A DNA stretch of 64,000 nt from an uncultured Gammaproteobacteria bacterium (lineage in GTDB: Bacteria; Patescibacteriota; Microgenomatia; Levybacterales; GWA1-39-11): the NCBI GenBank assembly GCA_964531275.1, contig CAZHDZ010000001.1, forward strand, positions 144,945 to 208,944, given 5' to 3'. Positions 40,801-48,905 of this stretch are shown piece after piece. The translations under genes were made by a program, and so were the position numbers. The notes under the pieces were generated by a model. The model was given only the letters and a program-made list of their open reading frames with translations, did not search any database and was not told where the DNA came from. How positions within the stretch are numbered: the first letter of the stretch is position 1; every line of letters starts with the position of its first letter.

Positions 40801-41144
40801 TTCCGGACCTGATATTTGTTAAACAAGGAGCTCAGTCAAAATCTAGCCAACCAAGAATTCTAGAGAGAAGCAATACTTCATACACACTAGAAGGGACAAA
40901 TGTGAATGGATCCAGCGTTCTTACTTTTTCCCAATCGTACAATAATAATTGGAAAAGTGACACATATGAGCACTTTATTGTTAATGGTTTCTCTAATGGA
41001 TGGATTTTGCCTAGTGAGACTCAGAAAGTACGTGTAAAATACAAGATACAGGACTTATTTATCATTGGAGTAACGATCACAAGTATTTCGTTGGTAGGGA
41101 CTCTAATTATTTTAATAGGTATTTATAAAAAACGATCTAAATGA
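37827..41144 (+). CDS. AftD/DUF3367-like large GT-C membrane protein with extended extracytoplasmic domains
   Basis: 1105 aa. GHDSGLP...YAW, HAYWLVP, PPFG..Y...IPGFIAFRNPFYKF motifs; C-terminal QSYNNNW...HFIVNGFSNGW plus TM. Confidence 0.7.
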   Translation: MKRIKRSRVEIIVIILLGLIPLLWFRGTEVILGHDSGLPLSPIPHFLDRLYAWTVRFGFGNDQTYAIPGFFIHGLEALVSSLGFDLQSMQKITFSIWFVLPGVTMYYLGSRLEKKLKINFLSLPAAVFYMINHFLLQGWFVAERTKFSVYAALPLMIAILLDWSDGRRKTFTAAVLIALIFFVLNGLASLPLFGGVIIALIVFIFYYLYQQFSWIRIGSLFQLFGVTLVVSVALHAYWLVPFVFSLKTSYSESVTFFGGKEGILDWVKYASLNSSYNNLLRLQGVPEWYQNPGHPYANNFLTNPLLIFISVAIPICVFSTLLIFKKSAEKKVILFFGLLAIVSLLFVAGAHPPFGTLYIFLMQNIPGFIAFRNPFYKFSPSLWLAYAVLIGFFISFIMSRVVVINKKIAYVFYSFVIIGIVLYSYPFLNGTFFDYVKNERSNRVVVPSYIMDFGKWSESRERIDKKTLMLPPPNIDGTVEEYTWGYWSLAPISTLLTNAPILNNSLFLGKNEKTMLTTLYSMMEKDEQGWEQLAKIMGIDSFVVRDDFVWDNPSSPSVNPAVYQKALTSKNVQKVKEFEKWHIYDLKEGRDDFLQYNTYSFVAGDVGTIGKIASLPGYSYEEPLVADTNGNSLLKMSPNTYYLDSYCVMCDLQWKFINTLAYTPTITQGSFMYPIIGRNVYQEISLLDQPQELAIYYSEKALRDILGLQKSIDLAEKDDVLKEIITDIEEDLFNIRRTVQLSQNEINNVTKLDILSFIRTQKVVISQIKEKNLSSISMDKMLKAIEINESFLNQITFRTSSETKKQLLVTSPIAHEYSVYYRPNDNIEDSNSVSISINNQQLILPVLEEDGRWRKLSEVNLNKGLNTIVVQQPINDIQKQKSVRLVESTNGCYYSEKIDSKRGDIFKLTFDHRLLSSYDKFFVTFVPAGESVDKAPSIDSLTSVKGSRLYETTYAPIAGRSFQFVICNTSIHNDPKHSDIQIENISMRKIAVPDLIFVKQGAQSKSSQPRILERSNTSYTLEGTNVNGSSVLTFSQSYNNNWKSDTYEHFIVNGFSNGWILPSETQKVRVKYKIQDLFIIGVTITSISLVGTLIILIGIYKKRSK

Positions 41145-41458
41145 AAAATATTTCAAAATTTGTGCTATGTTCTCTAATAACGCTCACTGTTTATTTTGCG
41201 TTGCAATTACCATATATTAACATTCTCCAAATCTTCTTTACCGGATTTGTTCCTTTAACGTTCTTAATTTCTTTTCTCATGCTGTTTCGGCCAAGCAAAA
41301 AGAAAATTCTTATGAGTGCGCTGCTAATGCTTTTCTTTAATTTATTCTTCATTCTTTTTAGAAACCAAGAGATTGCAGAACATATAGCAGTTTTAAGTTA
41401 TTTCTTAATATTCTTATATATTGTGCTTTCACTTCCCGTTCTTAAAAGCAAAAAATAA
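41141..41458 (+). CDS. Small integral membrane protein (about 4 TM)
   Basis: 105 aa hydrophobic ORF joined to the upstream gene by an ATGA overlap. Confidence 0.6.
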   Translation: MKNISKFVLCSLITLTVYFALQLPYINILQIFFTGFVPLTFLISFLMLFRPSKKKILMSALLMLFFNLFFILFRNQEIAEHIAVLSYFLIFLYIVLSLPVLKSKK

Positions 41459-41461
41459 AAT

Positions 41462-43315
41462 ATGGATATTGTAAGAGGTGACTGGAGATTCTTCTGGCCG
41501 GATAGCTTGTTATCTTTCATTGGGATTCCATCCGCCTGGGATTCATCACTTAATACAGGTCTTGGAATGCAAGCAACGAATACGATGTGGATTACTAGCT
41601 ATCTACATCTATCAGCCACAATTTCTAGTCTGGGCTTGGGATGGCTCTGGACAACATTTTTATTTTGGCTTATTCCGATTATTCTTATATCAATTCTTTC
41701 ATCATATTTTTTATCCAGGTATGTGCTTCGCAATAAATCGCCCTTACTATCTCTTGTTTCAGGTGTAATTTATGCAACAAATACTTATTTTCTATTAATT
41801 TTCTTTGGTGGTCAGTTAGGTGTTGCGTTTGCATACTCTTTGGCTCCCGTCGTTATTCTTTCCTATTTATATTATGCGGAAAAAATAACCTTAAGCCGAG
41901 GGATTTTAGTTGGTATCGTAGCTGCAATACAATTAGTATTTGATCCGCGCCTTACGATGCTTACTCTTTCTGCCGCATATGCAGTTCTACTTATTAGTCG
42001 AATAGGGCTTCTGAAACTCCTTAAAATTTCTATAGTACCGGTTATAGTTGCTCTTTCCTTGCATGCCTTCTGGATAATACCGACAATTCTTTTCCACTCA
42101 AAAACGCCGTATGAAATGCAATCAGGTGCAACCGTCTCTTTTTTAAGTTTTGCCTTATTGGAAAATACAATAAGTCTTTTGCATCCCAATTGGCCTCAAA
42201 ATATATTTGGCAAGGTTTATTTCATGAAACCCGAATATTTAATTATTCCAATTATTGCATATCTGCCTATTGTGTTAGGTAAATCAAAAGAAGTAAGAAA
42301 AGAATTACTCGCATTCGCCTTCATTGCGCTTATCGGAGCGTTTTTGGCAAAAGGTGTAAATGAACCATTTGGCTTTGTTTATCAATTTATGAGTGGCTAT
42401 ATTCCCGGATTTACAATGTTTCGGGATCCAACAAAATTTTACTTATTAATTGCACTTTCCTATTCAGTTCTCATCCCCTATGGGATTTATACGGTATATG
42501 GTTTTTGCAAGAAGAGATTTAATGGAAAAATAGTATTAAACCACTTAATACTGTTATTTTTAGCGATATGGATCTTTCTTCAGAGGGATGTTTTTCTCGG
42601 TACAGTACATACTCCATCTCCACAAAAAATACCTCCAGGCTATGAACGGCTTGCACAATTTATAAGTAATCAGAATAATGACTTTCGTACTCTTTGGATT
42701 CCCCAATGGCAGAGATATGGATATTTTTCAAATCAGAATCCTGCTATTGGCAGAGGTGAAATTCCTATGAATAAAATAAACGACGAAAGACTTGATCTTC
42801 ATTCGATAAAGTATGTCATGGTCCCATTTGATTCAGAGGGCGAGATATTCATAAATGACGGAAAATACTCCGAGAAGCTTTTCAAAGATACAGTCCAAAA
42901 GATTCAAATTCTACCTTATCTCAGGCAAGTGGAAGAATTCGGAAAAATTATAGTTTTTGAGAACTTCGATTTTAGAAAAAGATTTTATGTTAGCGACAGT
43001 TCTTCTGATATTACTTTTTCAAGAAAGAATTCTATCTATGATCTAATACTCAATAAAACAAAAGACAAGAAAACCATTGTATTTACTGATAATTATTCTC
43101 AATATTGGTATGCTTCGTACCAAAATAAAACTTTTAAGTCTCAGAATTATCGGGGAGTAAATAGTTTTATAATACCAGGAGACGTAACTCAGATACGAAT
43201 TAGTTACGGGGTACAAAAAGTGGTTAATATTAGTTTTATTATTAGTCTACTGTCTTTATTTTTTCTATTAGGTTTTTTGGCGTTTTCAAAAATAAAAAAT
43301 GATAAAACTCACTAA
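41462..43315 (+). CDS. AftD-like GT-C membrane protein
   Basis: GDW, HAFWIIP, KGVNEPFG..Y...IPGFTMFRDPTKF motifs shared with 37827; C-terminal YRGVNSF plus TM. Confidence 0.65.
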   Translation: MDIVRGDWRFFWPDSLLSFIGIPSAWDSSLNTGLGMQATNTMWITSYLHLSATISSLGLGWLWTTFLFWLIPIILISILSSYFLSRYVLRNKSPLLSLVSGVIYATNTYFLLIFFGGQLGVAFAYSLAPVVILSYLYYAEKITLSRGILVGIVAAIQLVFDPRLTMLTLSAAYAVLLISRIGLLKLLKISIVPVIVALSLHAFWIIPTILFHSKTPYEMQSGATVSFLSFALLENTISLLHPNWPQNIFGKVYFMKPEYLIIPIIAYLPIVLGKSKEVRKELLAFAFIALIGAFLAKGVNEPFGFVYQFMSGYIPGFTMFRDPTKFYLLIALSYSVLIPYGIYTVYGFCKKRFNGKIVLNHLILLFLAIWIFLQRDVFLGTVHTPSPQKIPPGYERLAQFISNQNNDFRTLWIPQWQRYGYFSNQNPAIGRGEIPMNKINDERLDLHSIKYVMVPFDSEGEIFINDGKYSEKLFKDTVQKIQILPYLRQVEEFGKIIVFENFDFRKRFYVSDSSSDITFSRKNSIYDLILNKTKDKKTIVFTDNYSQYWYASYQNKTFKSQNYRGVNSFIIPGDVTQIRISYGVQKVVNISFIISLLSLFFLLGFLAFSKIKNDKTH

Positions 43316-44474
43316 ATCAACTTTTTACAAAGAGAAAGAAACGAAGCAACGTCTTGCAAAATTCATAGTGGAGTCGCATCAACTAAGCTTTGGAGCTGAG
43401 TGCGAAAAATTTGAATTGGCTTTCGCGAATTACCAAAGGCGGAAATACTGCATATTTCTTAATTCCGGTAGTTCTGCAAATCTTGCATTAGTTCAGGCAC
43501 TACTTAATATGGGCAAATTAAAACATGGGGATAAGGTTGGTTTTTCTGCGCTTACATGGTCCACCAATGTGATGCCGATAATACAATTGGGCCTGTTAGC
43601 AGTTCCAATTGATGTGGAGCTTAATACTCTAAATGTATCCTCTTCTCAGATAAAAAAAGTATTGAAAAAACACAAGCTAAAAATGATATTCCTTACAAAT
43701 TTACTCGGTTTTTGTGATGACATTGATGTAATTAAATCTTTGTGTGACAAAGAAAAGATACTATTAGTCGAAGATAACTGTGAGTCGTTAGGCACTATAT
43801 TTAAAGGAAGATTATTGGGTAATTTTGGCATTTCAAGTACTAACTCTTTTTATGTTGGACATCACATGTCAACTATAGAGGGGGGAATGATAGCAACAGA
43901 CAGTCTGAGCCTTGCTAATCAACTGAGGATTGTGAGGGCTCATGGTTGGGATAGAAATTTATCCAGCTCAAAGCAATCAAAAATGAGAGATAAGTTTAAT
44001 GTTAATTCTACGTTCTATTCGCGATACACTTTTTATGAACAAGGATTTAATCTTAGGCCAACTGAAATAAGCGGCTTTATAGGAAACATTCAAATCAAAT
44101 ATCTTGATGAAATAACAAAGATAAGAAATAAGAATTTTCTAGAGCTTGCTGTTCCTATATATAATGATAGCAGTAGGTACCATGCAATAAAGTATGATCA
44201 TATTGATTTCCTTTCAAATTTTGCAGTGCCAATCGTTTGTAGGTCCAAGCGTATCCGTGATGAATTGGTAAAGAAATGTGATGGACAGGTGGAAATTCGA
44301 CCTATTGTTGGTGGAGATATGACTAATCAGCCTTTTTTTGCAAAACATAGTAAGGGGTTAGTGTTCGATTGTCAAAATGCTCGGCTTGTACATGAGCAGG
44401 GTTTATATTTCCCAAATAACCCAGAGCTTACCCATAGAGAGAAAAAAATTATGCTTAAGATATTCACGTCTTAA
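43299..44474 (+). CDS. PLP-dependent NDP-4-keto-6-deoxyhexose 3-dehydratase (ColD-like)
   Basis: NSGSSANL and EDNCESLG; SFYVGHHMSTIEGG has His at the Schiff-base Lys position; RAHGWDR, GFNLRPTE and RPIVGG are ColD-type motifs. Confidence 0.78.
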   Translation: MIKLTKSTFYKEKETKQRLAKFIVESHQLSFGAECEKFELAFANYQRRKYCIFLNSGSSANLALVQALLNMGKLKHGDKVGFSALTWSTNVMPIIQLGLLAVPIDVELNTLNVSSSQIKKVLKKHKLKMIFLTNLLGFCDDIDVIKSLCDKEKILLVEDNCESLGTIFKGRLLGNFGISSTNSFYVGHHMSTIEGGMIATDSLSLANQLRIVRAHGWDRNLSSSKQSKMRDKFNVNSTFYSRYTFYEQGFNLRPTEISGFIGNIQIKYLDEITKIRNKNFLELAVPIYNDSSRYHAIKYDHIDFLSNFAVPIVCRSKRIRDELVKKCDGQVEIRPIVGGDMTNQPFFAKHSKGLVFDCQNARLVHEQGLYFPNNPELTHREKKIMLKIFTS

Positions 44475-44476
44475 TT

Positions 44477-44689
44477 ATGAAACCACAAGACATTTTCTTT
44501 GTTATAGTTCTTTTGATTCTTCTTTTGAAGAGGTCTTATAAAATTTCTGTGTATGTGGGATTGGCTTTCATTTTGGCTTCAATGCCATTCTTCTTGTTTC
44601 AAATATTCTTTACTGCGCAGAGATTTGTAACATATGGCTTTGCCTTCATTTTTCTTGGATCTCTTCTCTTGTTGGTTAATAAGAAGTAG
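44477..44689 (+). CDS. Small membrane protein (about 3 TM)
   Basis: 70 aa hydrophobic ORF starting 2 nt after the upstream stop. Confidence 0.6.
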   Translation: MKPQDIFFVIVLLILLLKRSYKISVYVGLAFILASMPFFLFQIFFTAQRFVTYGFAFIFLGSLLLLVNKK

Positions 44690-44722
44690 ATTCTTAGCAT
44701 TAAGTTTTTTCATATTCAATCT

Positions 44723-44746
44723 CTTCTTTTATTCTCATAAAAGAAG
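44723..44746. repeat. Perfect 10-bp inverted repeat (hairpin or operator)
   Basis: CTTCTTTTAT-tctc-ATAAAAGAAG in the intergenic gap, 12 nt before the ATG at 44759. Confidence 0.7.
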
Positions 44747-44758
44747 TAATATTTATAT

Positions 44759-45667
44759 ATGGTAGTTCCGTCTCAAATTGCGATTGTGGGTATTACGTAT
44801 GAGAAGAAGTGGTATAGTGGGCCGCTTAAAAGTATAAAGCATACGGATAAGGTACGAGGAGATCTTATACTATACGCTTTGAGATATGCCACTGGAGTTG
44901 GATATAAGGTTGTAGTTGTTGACGGCGGAAGCGCCAAGACCTTAGTCTCTGCAATAAAAAAAATACAGGGGGTAAAATTATTCCAATCAAAAAAGCCAAA
45001 AAGATCTCCAAATAGAAGGAAGGCTATATTTGAAGCATCACAGATAGAAGATGTCAGAGCAATTGTTATGACAGAGCTTGAAAAAGTTTCTGTTATTACT
45101 GATTGCATTGAGATGATCGTTGACCCAATTATAAATGGTGATGCTGACTTAGTTATTCCAAAAAGAGATGATTTATTATTCAAAAAAACCGTTCCATCAT
45201 ATATGTATGAGTCGGAATCTGAAGGGAATCTGCTCTATTGCGAAGCATTAAGGGCAAATTCTCTGCTTTCTCCCAACTCCCCCGACCTAGATGTATTTTT
45301 TGGCGTTAGAGTTTTTAGAAATGATAAAAAACTTTTAAAGTCCTTGCTCTCGCATTATGAATCGAATCCATTTAACTCACTGTTGGAGCATAGGTTATTC
45401 GATTTTGAGGAGTACTCAAACGGCCAATTTTTCCCAGTAGTCAAAGCACTACAAAAGAAGAAAAAAGTAATTTCGGTTACTATTCCATTTACATACCCTG
45501 CCACTCAAATGGAAAATGAATTAAAGGGTCAGCGTGATTTTTTCATTTTAAAAAGAAGGTATCAGCGGCTTACAATACTAATAGAATTAATGCATTTTTT
45601 AGGGTACATCAACCATGAAGTCACTCGTAAAATAAAAAAAGGAAGTACAGTATTTACTAACGTTTAA
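44759..45667 (+). CDS. GT-A-fold (GT2-like) protein with non-canonical metal motif
   Basis: VVVVDGGS and ADLVIPKR motifs; MTELEK lies where DxD is expected. Confidence 0.55.
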   Translation: MVVPSQIAIVGITYEKKWYSGPLKSIKHTDKVRGDLILYALRYATGVGYKVVVVDGGSAKTLVSAIKKIQGVKLFQSKKPKRSPNRRKAIFEASQIEDVRAIVMTELEKVSVITDCIEMIVDPIINGDADLVIPKRDDLLFKKTVPSYMYESESEGNLLYCEALRANSLLSPNSPDLDVFFGVRVFRNDKKLLKSLLSHYESNPFNSLLEHRLFDFEEYSNGQFFPVVKALQKKKKVISVTIPFTYPATQMENELKGQRDFFILKRRYQRLTILIELMHFLGYINHEVTRKIKKGSTVFTNV

Positions 45668-45668
45668 A

Positions 45669-46202
45669 ATGGCAAAAATAGGAATTGATGTAAGCCAACT
45701 TACCTATCAAAATACAGGTGTAGCAAATTATCTTGGTAATTTGATTGAGGAAATGATAAAGAATAAAGAGCACGATTATATTTTGTTCTTCTCTTCATTA
45801 AGACGCTCAATACCGCCAAGGCTTCAGGAATTTTCTAAAAGTTCTAACGTGACTGTTGTTAGAAAGAAGTTGCCGCCAAGTGTTTTGCATATACTATGGA
45901 ATGTTATGCATATTATGCCAATCGAAAAGTTTTTGGGTTCAATAGATATGTTCATATCCTCAGATTGGTCAGAGCCGCCGACACGTAAAGCAAAAAAGGC
46001 AACTATACTATACGACCTAATTGTTTATAAATACCCTGAAGAAACAGCAAAAAAGATAGTCTTCGTGCAGACAAAAAAACTCTCATGGGTTCAGAAAGAG
46101 TCTGATATTGTTTTTTGCATTTCCGAATCAACGAAAAATGATGCGAAAAGTATTTTAGGTATCAGTGAGGCTAAGCTAAAAGTTGTTCTTCCTGGATTTT
46201 AG
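45669..46202 (+). CDS. GT4 N-terminal domain only (stand-alone or truncated)
   Basis: IGIDVSQ...TGVANY, TILYDL and ISESTKND motifs; ends at KVVLPGF* in the interdomain linker; no EX7E domain. Confidence 0.7.
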   Translation: MAKIGIDVSQLTYQNTGVANYLGNLIEEMIKNKEHDYILFFSSLRRSIPPRLQEFSKSSNVTVVRKKLPPSVLHILWNVMHIMPIEKFLGSIDMFISSDWSEPPTRKAKKATILYDLIVYKYPEETAKKIVFVQTKKLSWVQKESDIVFCISESTKNDAKSILGISEAKLKVVLPGF

Positions 46203-47746
46203 AGTTTGTATTTCGTTCCAGCAATCTTTTCTCTCTTCTCAAAAGAAATTGAACTTGCTTTATCTTTTCTAATGAGGATGCAGCTTTTGTCTTTAGCTGG
46301 ATTTATTTGGATGTAATTATTATATAGACTTCGGGATGCCTTGCTGCCTTCTTTTGCAAGAACCTTTAGGCATTTGCCATAGTAAAAATCAGGAATACTG
46401 TTTTCAAGTAATGTATTCCTCTCATGTTCATACAGCTCAACTTTTGGCATATATGAGGTATACCACGTATATTTATATGCTGAAGGGAGCTTTGCTTCCC
46501 AGATAATTAGATCGTCATATCCATCTACAAATAGTGTGTCATCGGAGTTTGCCAAATTTCTTATTGTTGTCCCTGTGTCCATTATATTTGAAAAATTTGT
46601 AAAGTATTCTGAGCTTGTATCAACTTTTTCATACATAAAGTAGCTCTTATTGGTCAATAAAAATATGGCAGATAAGGCTAATAACGCAATACTGATTACA
46701 CCTAGTCTTCGGGACTTTTTAAGTATCTCGATTGTTAGAAGACTCATGGTGAAGGTAAAAACTAAAAGCCAAGGAGCAACATGAAATGCCTCATAAAATG
46801 TCTGGTTTGCCCCTACTGGTCGAAGATTTACTAAAAAAAGTGTCGCCAATATAAAAAGACTTATTAATACATTTTTTTCCATCTTTGCATAAATAAGCAT
46901 GAGTAATAAAAAACAAATAGAATAAAGAATAAAAAGAATTCGAAGGAAGCCAAATCCGCCCGGAGTGGCTATGAGCACCACGGGATAAAAAATAGAGGTA
47001 AGTAGACTTATAAGTGGAGTAATGCCGGAAGCATCAGGAGCTATAACAAGTTTATTTACAGTAACTAAGTTGAGATAGTAGAACGCAAAATCATAGGTGA
47101 GAAAAATTGAAAAGGGAGCAATGAATATAAGAAGAGAGATAATAGGAATTTTTTTGGTAACTTTTTTAACGAGTGTTAAATATGTTGCTAGCAGAAAAAT
47201 AGCAGCAGGAATAAAAGGTTCCCTGAAGAAAATTATCAAAAAAGCGAGAAAAGGTACCACATATAAATCATATTTGCTTATTCTCCCTTTTAATGCATAA
47301 AAGCAAACACCTACCATATATATAATAAGGTAGCCGACAATGCTTTCAGCCAAGAATCTGTCTCCAAATACATAAAATTTAAATGGTTCGTAAAGAATTG
47401 CTGAAATAAGTATTGGATAACGAAATTTGAGAAAAAGACACATAGTTGAAGCAAAGGAAATAAGAAAAATAATTTGTCTGTGTCTCAGTATGAGGTCCGG
47501 AATTGAAGATGTATTAAGGAGATTTTGGATACCCGCACTAAGATAGGCCATTCCCGGTTGATGATTGAAGAAAAAATCTAAAAATATACGCTTTCCGGAA
47601 TTAATGAAATATCCTCCAAGATAATTAAAGCAATCATCAAAGCATCCAAATGCATTAACTCTCGGGATGTAGAGTTTGTATAGTGCTCCGAAGAGCACAA
47701 TAATTAGGAATATAGAAATGAAGAATAATAGATTCTTTTTGGTCAT
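46199..47746 (-). CDS. Polytopic GT-C-type membrane protein
   Basis: GCFDDCFNYLGG...FFNHQP after TM1, DRFLAE and FREP motifs. ATG at 47746 (AAGGA upstream) is preferred over the TTG at 47782. Confidence 0.6.
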   Translation of the reverse strand: MTKKNLLFFISIFLIIVLFGALYKLYIPRVNAFGCFDDCFNYLGGYFINSGKRIFLDFFFNHQPGMAYLSAGIQNLLNTSSIPDLILRHRQIIFLISFASTMCLFLKFRYPILISAILYEPFKFYVFGDRFLAESIVGYLIIYMVGVCFYALKGRISKYDLYVVPFLAFLIIFFREPFIPAAIFLLATYLTLVKKVTKKIPIISLLIFIAPFSIFLTYDFAFYYLNLVTVNKLVIAPDASGITPLISLLTSIFYPVVLIATPGGFGFLRILFILYSICFLLLMLIYAKMEKNVLISLFILATLFLVNLRPVGANQTFYEAFHVAPWLLVFTFTMSLLTIEILKKSRRLGVISIALLALSAIFLLTNKSYFMYEKVDTSSEYFTNFSNIMDTGTTIRNLANSDDTLFVDGYDDLIIWEAKLPSAYKYTWYTSYMPKVELYEHERNTLLENSIPDFYYGKCLKVLAKEGSKASRSLYNNYIQINPAKDKSCILIRKDKASSISFEKREKIAGTKYKL

Positions 47747-47790
47747 TTTGTATCTATCCTTTTGCAAATATTGTATCATCAAATGTATCT

Positions 47791-48903
47791 ATGGTTATTG
47801 GAATTGATGCAAATGAAGCAAACGTATCAAAAAGAGTTGGCATTTCTGAGTATGCGTACCAAATTTTAACGAAGCTTTATGAATTTCGAAATAAAGGACA
47901 AACCACACATTCATTTGAGATCTACCTAAAAGCAAGGCCTCTTGATTTGCTTCCAAAAGAAGAGAGTTGGTGGAAATACAAAATAGTAAAGCCCCAAAAA
48001 ATGTGGACACAGATAGGCTTGCCATTAAATTTATTCTTCTCGAAGAGACCAGATGTTTTTTTAACTCTTACTCACTACGCACCAAGATTTTCCATGGTTC
48101 CAACGATTGTTTCCGTTATGGACTTATCGTTTTTACATTTTCCCGAAACATTCAAAAAGAATGATCTATATCAATTAACCAGTTGGACAAAATATTCGGT
48201 ACTAAATTCAAAGAGGGTTATTACAATTAGTGAAAGCAGTAAAAATGATATAATTAAATTCTATAAAGTGCCCGAAAATAAGGTAAGAGTTGTTAACATG
48301 GGCCTAAAAGAAATCAAAATGGATTCAGTAAGTAAATCACTCGAAGAGTTTGGTGTAACGAAGAAATTTATACTATTTGTGGGGACTTTGCAGCCAAGAA
48401 AGAATATAGTTCGTCTTATCCAGGCATATTCTATTCTTCCGCAAAATATAAAAGATTCTCATCAATTAGTAATAATTGGTAAAAAAGGTTGGTTATATGA
48501 TGAAATTCTTGAAACTCCAAAAAAATATGGTGTTGAGGAGAGTACTTTATTCTTAGACTATATTACTGATCAGGATCTTCCCTCGTTCTACAAGAAAGCT
48601 TCGGTATATATTCTTCCTAGTCTTTATGAAGGGTTTGGTCTCCCAATTCTTGAGGCTATGCGTTACGGATGCCCAGTACTGACTAGTAATGTTTCAAGTA
48701 TGCCTGAGGCAGGTGGAGATGCTGCAATTTATTTTAATCCCGAAAACACTCAGGATATAGAAGAAAAAATGGAGAAAGTACTTACTGATCACACATTGAG
48801 AGATAGAATGAAAGAGAGAGGGCTTATTCATTATAAGAAATTTACTTGGGAAAAAGCTGCGCGTGAAGTACTGAGTGTTATTGAGGAGGTTATCCAAAAA
48901 TAA
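47791..48903 (+). CDS. GT4 glycosyltransferase (MtfB-like)
   Basis: GIDANEAN..RVG, VGTLQPRKN, PSLYEGFGLPILEAM and SSMPEAGG motifs. Confidence 0.92.
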   Translation: MVIGIDANEANVSKRVGISEYAYQILTKLYEFRNKGQTTHSFEIYLKARPLDLLPKEESWWKYKIVKPQKMWTQIGLPLNLFFSKRPDVFLTLTHYAPRFSMVPTIVSVMDLSFLHFPETFKKNDLYQLTSWTKYSVLNSKRVITISESSKNDIIKFYKVPENKVRVVNMGLKEIKMDSVSKSLEEFGVTKKFILFVGTLQPRKNIVRLIQAYSILPQNIKDSHQLVIIGKKGWLYDEILETPKKYGVEESTLFLDYITDQDLPSFYKKASVYILPSLYEGFGLPILEAMRYGCPVLTSNVSSMPEAGGDAAIYFNPENTQDIEEKMEKVLTDHTLRDRMKERGLIHYKKFTWEKAAREVLSVIEEVIQK

Positions 48904-48905
48904 AT

